A stretch of DNA of 64,000 nucleotides from Chiloscyllium plagiosum (Eukaryota), in NCBI RefSeq assembly GCF_004010195.1, contig NC_057754.1:2541498-2605497 (forward strand), written 5' to 3'. Both the position numbers and the translations under genes were made by a program. Within the stretch, counting starts at the first letter, position 1, and each line of letters opens with the position of its first letter. The notes below the pieces were generated by a model. It saw only the letters and a program-made list of their open reading frames with translations, was not told the DNA's origin and ran no database searches. Of the stretch, positions 52,622 to 64,000 are shown piece after piece.

Positions 52622-52841
52622 CGAGAAGTTTAAGAAATGCTTCCAACTCCTGGTTCTGTACGACAAATGGAACCTCCTTTGAGACTTTTGACATCTTACT
52701 GGATTCCCCTTCACCCCTCTCGTGCAGCCGTGGCTTCCGAGAAACCAAATCCCGGCCCTGATGTGACAATTTTGAAACCCCTGGCTTCACCTGAACGGTG
52801 ACCGAAGAGGGATTCTGAGAGCGGGTCTGGTTGTGCCTCAT
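52622..52841 (-). CDS. SPDYC: Speedy/RINGO protein, coding exon 1 (the exon starts at 52870)
   Basis: ATCATGA start. Encodes MRHNQTRSQNPSSVTVQVKPG...VVQNQELEAFLKLL. Donor G|gtatgt; upstream acceptor tttattgcag| at 52871. Confidence 0.93.
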
Positions 52842-53179
52842 GATGGTAAATGAGGGCAGTTAGGGGTGGTCTGCAATAAAGAAAAAAAGGAGTTAAAATC
52901 ACATGCCAATTAGCAGGTTCAAGGAAATCTCCAGTCATTGTTCAATTCTCCAGTAAACCAGACTTAAAATTTGAAATTTAGTCTTGGAAATTATGCTCAA
53001 GTCAGGTTCAACTTCTCTACATGCAATATTTGAGGGGTTGAATTCACCTTAGTGCATAATTGCCAATCCAGAAGCTGTTCAACCAAGTTTCTCAGGAGTG
53101 CAAAAATGAGCTAAAAACATTATGAAGTTGAACATTGATAGAATCCTAGACTAAGCACATCATTTTGTGATTATGGCAA

Positions 53180-53710
53180 ACTGCGTTCAGTTCTGGCTTC
53201 CCTGCTATGGGAAAGATGTTGTTCAACTTGAAAGGGTTCAGAAAAGATTTACAATGATGTTGCCACGATTGAAGGGTTTGAGCTTTGGGGAGAGGCTGAA
53301 CAGACTGGGGCTTCTTTTCCACACTTACCTCCCCCCACCACAGGCAAGAGCGTTGGAGGCTGAGGGGTGACCTTACAAAGGTTTACAAAATCATGAGACT
53401 TAGATAGGATAAACAGTCAAGGTCTTCTTTCCCACTTCAGGGTATTGTCGTCCAAACCAAGAGGACGTAGGTTTAAAGGTGACAGGAGACCTGATGGGCA
53501 ATTTTTTCAGAGAGTGAAGAGTGTATGAAATAAGCTGCCAGCAGTAGAGGCTAGTACAATGACAACATTTAAAAGTATCTGGATGGGTACATAATGGGGA
53601 ACGGTTTAAGAGGATTATGGGCCAAATGGGACCAGATTAATTTAGGATATCTGGTCAGCCTAACAAGTTTGACTGAAGGGTCTGTTCCCAGGCTGTGCAA
53701 CTCTGACTTT
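53180..53710 (+). mobile_element. CR1/HER1 LINE 3' fragment
   Basis: CVQFWLPCYGKDVVQLERVQKRFT. Confidence 0.85.
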
Positions 53711-56700
53711 TAGTATATTAACACCCTTAAATAGGTAAATTTTAAGCATAAAGACTATTTGTTGGCAAATCTTCCTGAATCAATTGATACACAAGATTAA
53801 CTGAGTGTACATACACCATCATTCACATCATATAGAATCAGGTCTACAAGGCTCAGCCATGTCATACAGTTGCTATTGTAGAAAGGTGAAGGTATAACTA
53901 GCCTAGTTTTTCACCCTTTTAGGATCTGTAGCAACATCTGCAGCCAAATGCATCATGAACATGAGCAAGACAATTTCAGTTCTGAAAAAGGAGTCACATT
54001 CAGTTTGAAACTGTTTCTCTTCAGTTACTGCAAAACCAGCCAAGTTCCTCCAGCACCTGCTTTCTCTATAAAAGAACATTTACAGGAATAATTATTTCAG
54101 TAATTTTAAACAGGGCTTTGTGGCTCTGAATTCTACATCTCCTGAATAATAGCTAGCAAGGCATCAAATTCAATATCCAGTCTGTCAAAGATGAGGGTGG
54201 GAAGATATTTGGACAACATATTTCTACAGAAAAACAATTTCACTCAGGTAGAAGGGCACAGCCTAAGGACCTGGTATAGTATTAGGCTGTGATACACTAC
54301 CAACTCGAGGTTACACTGAATGAGCACATCAACATGCTGGAAGATACCACGTATGGAACTCCCAAAGGAGAGGCAACATCTCAAGATCAACAGGCAAAAT
54401 CAATATCCCAAGGTGATACGCAGGACAAAAACATGCAACTTCCTAAAACTAGTTTGAGACAGTCAACTTTCTACAGTTAGAACACATACTTATGAACACC
54501 AAATCAAATCACTAATGTGAAAAGACTTTTGCCTTAATTCAATATTATACGTTGTGCATCAGGTTGAACTCAAAGCATTAATGCCAAACAAATCATTGAA
54601 GGATAAGGCTTACTATGCATTTACATGGATATTGAAGTGAAAAGATACTCAAACTAAGATGCAGAACGACAGAATGGTTACAAGCACAAACTTTCCAGCC
54701 CACGCTTGCACCAGCTCTCCAAACAAACATGTTACTTACTGAGGCAAGTGAAACATTGCCCAAGCTAGAACAAAACATTCCAAGCCCCGAAGGCAGCTGA
54801 CATTAACCATCTCCAATGGCCATTTGAGGGGAGAGACGCACAGAATCAAGACACTCAAATAGTCTAACTGTGACGAATCCCATTCTTTGGCTAATTGTGG
54901 CACCTTTTGCACACACACCTGTCTCTTTCCATACACGAGAGAAGTAGGCCACTCAGACCTTCGGGTCTGTTCAGCCGTTCACAAAGATCATAACTGATCC
55001 AACTGTGGCCTCCTTTCCACATTCCTGACTACTCTAGTGCACTTTAACTCCCAGATGATCAAAAATCTGCTTCTGCCTTATAAGTGCTCAAAGACTTTGC
55101 TTCCATTGGAACTCTTACATAAAAAAAAAGAGAAAGACTCCACCTTATCAGAAAAAAATCTCCTGCCCAGCCAAAGTAGTAACTCCACATGCTTAAATGA
55201 CCCCAAGGTCCAAACGTTTTTGTCCATCCTCTCAACAAATGTGGATATTGGCAAAACTAGCATTGGTGGCCCATCTGCAATTGCTTTTGAACAGTGTGGC
55301 TTGGCTTTTACGAGGCACTTATCAGTGAGCCATATTGCTGCAGGTCTGGAAACATTTGTAGACAGGGACAGCACATTAATTTCCTCATTCAGAAGGCACT
55401 GAAACAAATGTATTTTTACAGTCATGGATAAAAATGTCACCATGAGATTACTCAGAGAAAGGAAAAAAAACAAACAAGAAAAACTTATGAACAACAAATT
55501 GGTCAAATAAATCATGAATACCTCAAACTGTGGATTCAGAATTATGTACTTCAAGAATTACATATTTTAATTAAACTGCTCATTTTCCCCCTTTAGGTAG
55601 CATACAATTCAAATTTTATACCAAATTGAAAATACACTAGTTTTCTTGTATTTATTCATGGATAAAGACATCACTGCCTGAGCATTTATTACTCCGAGAC
55701 AGGCAGTGAACTACTTTCTTGGACCACTGCAAGCTGCTATGGTGATATTTAATCCCAATTTTGGAATATTAGCCTGGGGTCTCCAGATTACTAGTTCATA
55801 TAGACATACCAGAGGAGAATCACAATCCTCCCCCTGCCCACCACATCCACCCCTCCTTCCATAACCTCAGCAACTTCAGCCTCCAGATTATATAGGTTTC
55901 ACCTCATACATTTTAAACTCTTTCACAGAAAGAGTCCCAGAAAAAGTCACCTCATTTCTTCCCAGCAGTTCCTCTTCATACCCTCTACCTCCCCAACCCA
56001 TCATGTTCTTCCTATTTCATCCCCACACATTTGCATGTCTTTCCTAACACACTCCCACATCCTTCCCTTCAGCCCAAGTCTGTTCCATCTTAATGTCCTT
56101 TCCCCTCAATCCTCATGTTCTATCACTCATTCATTCCACCATCCTCCCAATAATTTCCTGTGCCTCCCCCTTCAACTTGTCCTACAATCCATCCCTTCCT
56201 TTTTATTCTTCCCCCTTAGCTCTTAACATAATTATTCATTCACTCTACAACCCCACAGCTTTACCTTCAATCTCTCTCCCTTCCAAACACCAAGGCCCTT
56301 CTTTTTACTCTCTGCCTGTCTTGAAGGATGTTCTCAAGGAACAAGGATCTCAGAACCACATGGCTAGTGTAAGTACACAGGTTGGGTGTGCCATTGAGAT
56401 AAGAAACATCTTCACCCAGAAAAGGGTGAAATAGTGATACTATCAACCACAGCAAGTGATTTAAGACCCAATGCTTTCAAGGAGTTATAGCACTTAGGAT
56501 CAAAGAGTAGAAGAACAGAACAGGATATTGAGTCAACTGACCACATTGAACTGAAGATCTAACTAACAGACACCAACCCCCCAACTTTTTATTTGCAGGC
56601 GCAACCCAATTGTGCAAATTCTCTCCAAGACCCACATTGTGTCCACTCAGCACCTCAATAGCCTACCTCACTAAACTTCCTGCTCAGCCTTCTTCCACAA

Positions 56701-57149
56701 CACACCTCACCACACCATACACAACTTATCACTCACACCCCCATTCTGTTATTTGAAGCCTTCAGCCCAGCAGCCAAATGCCTTCCCTTAGCTACTCCCA
56801 ACTTGGCCAATCTCCCCACCACCAGACCCTCATGTCCAGCCTTCCTCCTCAGGTTTCTAACCCCCAACATACCCAGCCTCAACTCAACCCAACCCCTTTC
56901 AACACCCAACACCCAACACTTAATCCCTTCAGCGCCTCAGCCCAATACGGCGGCCATTATTGCCGTCGTGCTACTCGCACCTGGACTGAGGCACGTGCCG
57001 CACCTGAGCCGGCGCCCAGCCCGCCAACCGGCTTTTCATAGGTTGCCGCCGTGCTGAGGTCAGCGCGTCGCGACCAATGGTCGCCCTCCGACCTGAGCGC
57101 CACGCCCCCTTCGTCCCGGCAAACGCCGGTCCGCTGCCCGCCCCTGCCG

Positions 57150-57300
57150 CACGGTAACCATGGCAACCACCGGCCCGCCCCGCCCTGACGCACGGTGACC
57201 ATGGCAACCGGCGCCCCGCCCCTCCCTGCTGCACGGTGACCACGGCAACCAGCGGCCCGCCCCGCCTCACGGTGACTATGACAACCAATAGCTCGCCCCG
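57150..57300. promoter_or_regulatory. Tandem array of four RFX X-box plus GC-box units
   Basis: GTAACCATGGCAAC (57154), GTGACCATGGCAAC (57195), GTGACCACGGCAAC (57236) and GTGACTATGACAAC (57272), each followed by a CGCCCC GC box. Confidence 0.8.
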
Positions 57301-57633
57301 CACCACCGGCATGGCTCCCGCTGCTTCCACAACAACAACAACATGAACATCCCAAGAGGAAAGAAAAATGAAAATCTCAACCATCCGAAGATTCCTCCAT
57401 TCCGTCACATCATAACTTCTGTTTCCTAAAAATTAAAAATGTTTTTTTAAAAAAAACGGTGCGTGGAGTCACGTGCCCACGCCCCGGTCACACGACGCGG
57501 TATCCCATTGGTCTAACAGCGTGGAAGGGGAGGTCGTGGCTCCTGATTGGTGAGCGGGGAGGCGATCGTCTGGCTGTTCCGATTGGACGACGGCCTCGCG
57601 GAGCTGCCGCGCGTTCATTCGTCGGCGGGCCGA

Positions 57634-57652
57634 CCAATGGGAAGCGGCCACG
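57634..57652 (+). promoter_or_regulatory. ER stress response element (ERSE) upstream of SYVN1
   Basis: Exact CCAAT-N9-CCACG (CCAAT GGGAAGCGG CCACG); SYVN1/HRD1 is an established UPR target. Confidence 0.85.
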
Positions 57653-57952
57653 GACTCGGTATCCTTGATCTATTCTGGGTGGGAGGAGTGAGGGGGATTT
57701 CTACGCCAGCGGACAAACAGGAACGAAAAAAAAAATAAGTCGCCGACTGGAGGGATTGGGGATCGAGTGAGAGGGTTGAGCATTCGGAGCCGTCGTGAGC
57801 GGTAGCGTCAGCATCATCGGGGGGGCGGTGAGAGGATTCGGCTTGTCGCGCGCGTTGGGGTTGGGGGGGGACGGTAAAAGCACGGGCACCGTGAGAACGG
57901 AAGTAGGGGACGGTAAAAGAGGGCGGACGCCTTCCCTCCCCCCACCCCCCCG

Positions 57953-57962
57953 ACCGGAAGTG
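57953..57962 (+). promoter_or_regulatory. ETS/GABP site
   Basis: ACCGGAAGTG consensus in the SYVN1 5' region. Confidence 0.55.
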
Positions 57963-59178
57963 AGTTGTCTGAAGACATCTCATCGCAATCGGAGCGGCGG
58001 GAGGGTGTCCGGTGGTCGGTGAGTGCCGGCCCTTGGGTGTGAGGTGACCCTCTGCCTTGCCCTCGGTCTCCCCTGCGGCCACTGGTGGGTGGGGAGGCAT
58101 CCAACGCCAGTCCGGCCGAACCCTCGCAAGTGGCGTCTGTGGGTTCAAGGCTTGGCTGCCCCTGAACAGGGGGGTGGGTTAGTGTCCACCCCAACCCCCC
58201 CCGCAGCTGATTCCTTAGTCCCCTTCATCTGTTTAAGATATCTTCCCAGCTTTTCTGCTCCCTTTCCCTCCCTCAACTACTTGATTTGGATGTCTTCCCA
58301 GCTCCTCTTCTAAATCCTTCCCATCCTGTTTTAAAAAAAGTTTCCCCCACTCCTCTAAAACCCATCCGCCTATCTAAATAACCCCGCCCCTCTAAAACTT
58401 CCAGCTGTTTAAATATCTCTCCTCTGACTTTTGATGGTTTGACATATTCCGTGTTTCGCTTTGAGGAGAGATTTTGGGGTAGTGATAATGTGACTGTATT
58501 AGTAATCCAGAAGTACAAAGGTAAGGCTTTGGGAACAAGGGGTTACATTTTTCCATGGCATATGGTGACATTTTAAGTTCAATTTTTTTTAAATTGGTGT
58601 TTAGAGTTGGCCAAATATGACCATGCGATCACTATCATTGTTTTAAAAACCATCTGGTTTGTTAGAGAAAGAAATCTATTGTCCTGATTTATCTGGTCTA
58701 CATCTAACACCAGTCTGACAGCAATTTGGTTGACTATTCCTGAATGAGTCAATGGCTGCTAACCTAGTCAATGATATCCACATCCCACAAATACATGAAA
58801 CAAACTTTAAATCTTCTCCTTACTACTCTTCAGCTGTTAAAAATGTTTCCCTTCAGCTCAGTTAACTCCATCATGCCCTATCTCACAGTCTGACCTGCTG
58901 TGAATTTGCATCGTGCTATGGATTCAGAATATTATGGAGATTGTGATCATCTGTGTTTCTCTTTCTATTTAAGCAGCTGTGGGATCCCCAAAGTCTAGCT
59001 GAGGAGTGCCAGCAGATCACCAAGTGGTCCTCATTCGGAGCAACACACCTCCCCTTTAGGAGGGGTGGTGAAGGACTGACTTTTTTTTAAGAAAAGAAAA
59101 CATTTTGCCAGGGCCCAGTTCCGGGACTCAGGTTCCCGGTTAATCTCCAGCAAGCTGTTTCCCGCGGGGAGGGACGCG

Positions 59179-59310
59179 ATGGTCCGATCGACGTTGGCCA
59201 CCGCAGCCAGCCTGGTGCTCACCACAACTGTGGTCACCCATGCCTATTACCTGAAGCGGCAGTTTTACCCTACTGTGGTGTATCTGACTAAATCCAGCCC
59301 AAGTATGGCG
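59179..59310 (+). CDS. SYVN1: E3 ubiquitin ligase synoviolin/HRD1, first coding exon (the gene continues beyond the window)
   Basis: Encodes MVRSTLATAASLVLTTTVVTHAYYLKRQFYPTVVYLTKSSPSMA, which matches the HRD1 N-terminus. Acceptor ctccag| at 59150, donor GCG|gtaagt. Confidence 0.96.
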
Positions 59311-61970
59311 GTAAGTTTGGAAGCGGTGTGGCTGGGGCAAACTGTTAGTCCCTCCATCTTTTGAGTACGTTTTGGATTGCTGCACAGATGGAAAACGATT
59401 AGACCAGTTGATAAAGATTAAGAAACAGCCAAGACTTGTTTTAACAAGATGCCTTTACATCCAGTGGTGTAACAAAATTCTGGAACTCCCAGACAGTGTG
59501 GCAATTGTCCCTAAAGTGCACGAATTGCAGCAGCTCATCACCGACTTCTTCAGGGCAAAATAGGAATGCTGGATAAATGCTAGGCTGAACTAGCATCAAT
59601 CATATCCCTTAAAAACTTTTAAGAGTGGCTGATGTTGTCAGAAATGTGGCAGAATAGTGACCAGTGATTTGGGTCGAAAGATGAAAATGCTCACCTGGTT
59701 TTTCTTCGAAATAATGGGCACTAAGGACTAGTGGATTCTCCATTCAATGTTTGAACTGAAAGCACCTTCCAACAATGCAATGTTTCCCTTTGTGCTGGCC
59801 ACTAGGTGTGATGGCACGATTTTACTGGTCAAGTCGCAGGAGGGTGCATTATTGAACTTTGGTGTGAACGTGCTACTGCAGCACTGTTGGGGGAAGAGTG
59901 GGATTGGCTGGGAATTGGGTAAGGTGCCACCTTTCTGGAGTCCTAGGTAAGATCCATTTGCAGGAGCTCACTCAGAAGTCACAGGAGGAGTAAATTAATA
60001 ACCTGGAAGAAGGAAAATGTTTAATGTTACCTGTGTTACCAATTGTTGGACTGCTTTTTGCTACATTAATAGGTGACGTTGATGTGCCTTTCTGTACTGT
60101 TTCTGTAGTTGATTTATTAATGTTTAACTTCAAGAGCTTGCATGACTAATTTTAGTGAGTTCGGTGTGCTTTTCATTTGTGGGTCTCTTGATTTTTGTGG
60201 CTTGGAAAATGGAGCAAAGCAGTTTTTGTCAAGGGTAAGCTAACTTGGTAGGCCTATCGATTTTGAATTTTCAGGACAGAAATATCACTCATGATCACTC
60301 ATGAGCATGATCTGTTGCTCCTAGCCAACAATTCCTAATTTTTTGAGTTTCCTACTTTGGTCTGGCTTTCTGGCCTTGTTTTGAGTTTGTGATGTTTTTG
60401 TGGGGTTGTTGTTTGTTTTGGCAAGTGCTTTGGTGTGCCACACAGCCATGTGGTTCCAGTAGCCTGGTGTACTGTATGGAAAGATAGAAATTGGTGAAAC
60501 CCAGTAGGAGAGAAAGCAGAATTAACATTTCAAGTCTGGTGACACACTTTCACTGCTGAGTTTCACCAGCAATTTCTTTTTTTTTTGTTTCAGATCTCTA
60601 GTTCTTTGTTTTATTTTGCCATATGGAAAGAGCCCAATTACTCATTTTGAGATACATGTGGGCCTTAAGTTGACTGGTTGTTTTGAGGTAATTTTCTATT
60701 TAGTATTTTAACCTTGTACTTGAGTGCTAGAATGTTAGTCACTTGGAGATTCACCCATGTGACACAAACTGCCACTGTCCCAAAAGGCACTAGTTTGCAA
60801 AGCTCCTTCATTGTTCCGTGGTACCTTTGCCAAGCGACCGCAAGATTTGTCGATCCCGACAGGCTTGTCAGTCATTGTTATCTTTGTGACCAAGTGCCCC
60901 CCCGCCCCCACCCCGCTCATTATTGTTGGTTTGCTTTTTACCAGAGGACAGTTGTTTAATGACTTGGGGTGGCATGGGGCAGATTACACATCTGGGAATA
61001 GGCTGCCAAGAGATATAGAATATGTGCCATTGACACCAGTCCCCCAGCCCAACCAGTCTGCCTTGGCATTTACACTTCGTGGTCAAATCATGTCACACCA
61101 AGGCTGTCAACGTGGGAGTTCTGGCCCGAATTGTTAAATGGCCGATCAGACTCGAGAGTGCGTCTGTTCCAACGCAGTTCCAGTTGCTCTTTCCTCTTGC
61201 TGCCACTATGAGGAAGAGGAAACCTGGGGCAAACCTCAGCTGACCTTCAGGCCCCAAGAGCACAGCATTACGTATTGCTGAGAGTCTCGGTCCCGAATGA
61301 GAACCTCTGAACCCTCACGTACTTCAAATGAGAGGGTGTTGAATTTTTATTACAGCTGATCTTGTAAAATGACTGGTTTCTGTTCAGATTGAGACTAATC
61401 CGAGTGGCACTTTGCAGTGGATTGCAGGTTTGTGCAACCTCCTGTGCCCTCGTCAGTTTCCTTGCTGTAGTTCTGGAGCTGTACCCAGCACAAGACAATA
61501 TCTTGGAGGGAACATACGCTGACTGCTTAGAAAGCATCTTCTAAACTCTGATACAACATGAAGGAAACTGACATCAGATTCACAGGAATGCCACTTCCAG
61601 CCATTCTTCATCCTAAAACTATAGCACTGTTTGTTTGCTGTCACTGGGTCCCAGTCCTGGAATACATGCCCTAATTGTATTGTGGGTGTCTCTACACCCC
61701 CTATGGGACTGCAGCAGTTCAGGAAGGCAGCTCGCCACCTTTTTATTTTTTTCCTGGGGCAATTAGGGATTGGTGATAAATGCTGACTCAACTAGGGCTG
61801 TCCACATCCTGTGAAAGAATGGTTGGTTGGAAGTGGTCATTACCTGGTATGTGGCATAAATGTACTTAAACTTATCAACCCAAGCCTGAAAGTTGTGCAG
61901 GTTTAAGATGTGACTTTCAGTAAATTTTCTGTTTCTGTCACTGTGTTAATTTATAGCAATATAAATTAGT

Positions 61971-62286
61971 GGGCGGCACGGTGGCACAGTGGTTAGCACT
62001 GCTGCCTCACAGCGCCAGAGACCCGGGTTCAATTCCCGACTCAGACGACTGACTGTGTGGAATTTGCACGTTCTCCCCGTGTCTGCGTGGGTTTCCTCCG
62101 GGTGCTCCGGTTTCCTCCCACAATCCAAAGATGTGCAGGGTCAGGTGAATTGGCCATGCTAAATTGCCTGTAGTGTTAGGTTAAAGGGGTAAATGTAGGG
62201 GTATGGGTGGGTTGCGCTTCGGCGGGTCGGTGTGGACTTGTTGGGCCGAAGGGCCTGTTTCCACACTGTAAGTAATCTAATCTAAC
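61971..62286 (+). mobile_element. HE1-type V-SINE, full length
   Basis: A-box and B-box tRNA-like head, V-domain-like body, tail ...CACACTGTAAGTAATCTAATCTAA. Confidence 0.9.
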
Positions 62287-64000
62287 ATGGCCACCCTTTT
62301 TTTTTGCATAAATGCCCAGTGGTCTGTTTTGGCTGAAGGAGACATTTTGGTGATGACTTGCCGTGGCATCTTTATTATCTTTGTTTGGGAGGGCAGAGGA
62401 AGGCCACTGAGGAGACAAATCATCTGAATATTGTCCTATTGCATTGGGAGTCCTGGCCTGGCTTGTTTGCAACTCGAAGTCAGTTCCCGTTTCAAAAACA
62501 GGAATTGCTGGAAAGGCTCAGCAGGTCTGGCAGCATCTGTGAAGAGAAATCAGAGTTAAGGTTTCAGATCGAGTGACCCTTCCTCAGAAGCTGTTCTAGT
62601 TTCTCTTCTGCTGTTTCTGCCTCTGTGAATGAGCACTGCTGGTTTACGTGAGAGAAAAACTGTTGAGCATCACGTCCACCTGGGGGGGGGGATTGATGAG
62701 AAGCTTTATAAGCTCCCTAGTTCCATCTTTCGGAAACCATATCCTCCAAACAGCTAGAATTAACTAATGGTGCAGTGCATCAACTAAGGCTGCAATTAGA
62801 CATTTGGATTCCCTTCTGATTTCCTCCCCCTGGTATCGCTGCATTTATGTTCCCTCATCAAATGCCCCAGTTGTCTCAGAAGCCAGTTTAATCTTCACTT
62901 ATGCTCTGTGCATTTCATTTAGATTCACAAAATCTCTACAGTGTGGGAGCGGGCCATTTGGCCCACTGAGTCCATACCGACCCTCCAAAGAGTATCCCAC
63001 CCCCTTGTCCTTTCATCCTGCATTTCCCAATCCACCTAATTTTGGCACTGTGGGAGGAAACTGGAGCACCGAGAGGAAACCCACACAGACATGAGGGAGA
63101 TGTGCAAACTCCATATGGTGCCGCCCGAGGGTGGAATTGAACCCAGGTCCCTTATGCTGTGAGGCAGATGGGGGCTAAAAGTAGAAAGCTTATTCCCGAC
63201 AGGTCAATGACTGGGTGCTAGAATCGGGTGGGTAGAAAAGGCAAGCAACGTTATCCTTTCTCTGTGCCCAGGAAGGAAGCGCCCAAACAGCTTCTGGAGT
63301 TAAATCCAGGAATTTCTCTTCAATCAAGTCGTGGCTCATGGGGATTGGGGACCGAAATGCTGGGTTCCTCACACAACCATCATTGTGACACTGAATATTT
63401 GGGTGACATCGTGGTGGTATCTGAATTTGTTAGGTGCTACAAAGTGAAGAGGAGCCAGGGGCCCTGGATATGTGATCATGGGTGCTGGGCGTTTGAAGTT
63501 CAGATGATATGAGGGCACTGGCAGGAATTTTAAGAATTTGCAAATTTGCGAGTTAACCAGGAAGGAGCTGCAAAACTTGCTGTGGTACAACTGTTCCTTT
63601 CACCCTTGGAGTGGGGATTGTTCTGAAAACCGAGGTGTCTGACTTCCAATAAAATTGGAGCTCTTCTGCTAAACAGTTATCTAATGTTGAGATGTGCAAG
63701 TATTAAAAAAAATCTCTCCCAGGAGCTGGTGTGCAAATACAGCACACGTGGTCTGTTGCACTCATTGTCTTTTCATACTTTAGGATAATCAAATCCACAA
63801 TATCTTGAGACGGGGGCGGGTGGGGGGTGGGGAGGGGACTCTTGCAACCAACATCTCCCTTTTGGAAGAGTAAACACTGTCGCCCTCATCAAAGATATCA
63901 TCAATGATTGATTGCGAAGCTGCCCAAAGGAAGATAAGTAATCCACATGCTGTTAGTGCTTTTCTTTTTGGAAATTATTCCCGCAAATACCTGGTTTCAG

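Larger units (their letters stand above)
56940..58140. promoter_or_regulatory. CpG island; bidirectional promoter region for Speedy (minus) and SYVN1 (plus)
   Basis: Sharp CpG/GC enrichment between two divergent genes, several CCAAT and GC boxes, and candidate first-exon donors at 56980 (minus, CAG|GTGCGA) and 58019 (plus, TCG|GTGAGT). Confidence 0.85.

Noticed and set aside
56957-58194. Several 120-180 aa ORFs in the CpG island
   Set aside because: Expected from GC richness and the promoter repeat; no recognisable protein.
61971-62045. tRNA-like sequence
   Set aside because: It is the head of an HE1-type SINE and continues into the SINE body; the same applies to the other copies.
63960-64000. 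Window ends in ...TTTCAG, a possible SYVN1 acceptor
   Set aside because: The downstream exon is outside the window, so it cannot be verified.

Overview
Vertebrate genomic DNA, almost certainly shark: it carries HE1-type V-SINEs, CR1/HER1 LINEs and Penelope-like elements, and has one N-gap at 6503-6693. I assembled three spliced genes by hand from splice sites, reading phase and remembered protein families; no database search was run. (1) A complete ependymin-like secreted glycoprotein gene on the minus strand, with 6 coding exons (3418-23291, 198 aa) and a probable TATA promoter near 28.0 kb. (2) A Speedy/RINGO CDK activator, most like SPDYC, on the minus strand, with 6 coding exons (30966-52841, about 281 aa). 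(3) The 5' end of SYVN1/HRD1 on the plus strand (first coding exon 59179-59310). Speedy and SYVN1 are head-to-head across one CpG island. The island holds four tandem RFX X-box/GC-box units on the Speedy side, and a perfect ERSE plus an ETS site on the SYVN1 side. The rest is mostly decayed repeats: a TIR-bounded pogo/Tc2 transposon, many Penelope-derived hairpin elements with minimal hammerhead-ribozyme cores, a Tx1 fragment, a decayed non-CR1 LINE, solo LTRs and minisatellites. I see no clear evidence of a wholly new system. The best leads are the promoter architecture, the ependymin-like gene and the hammerhead hairpin elements.
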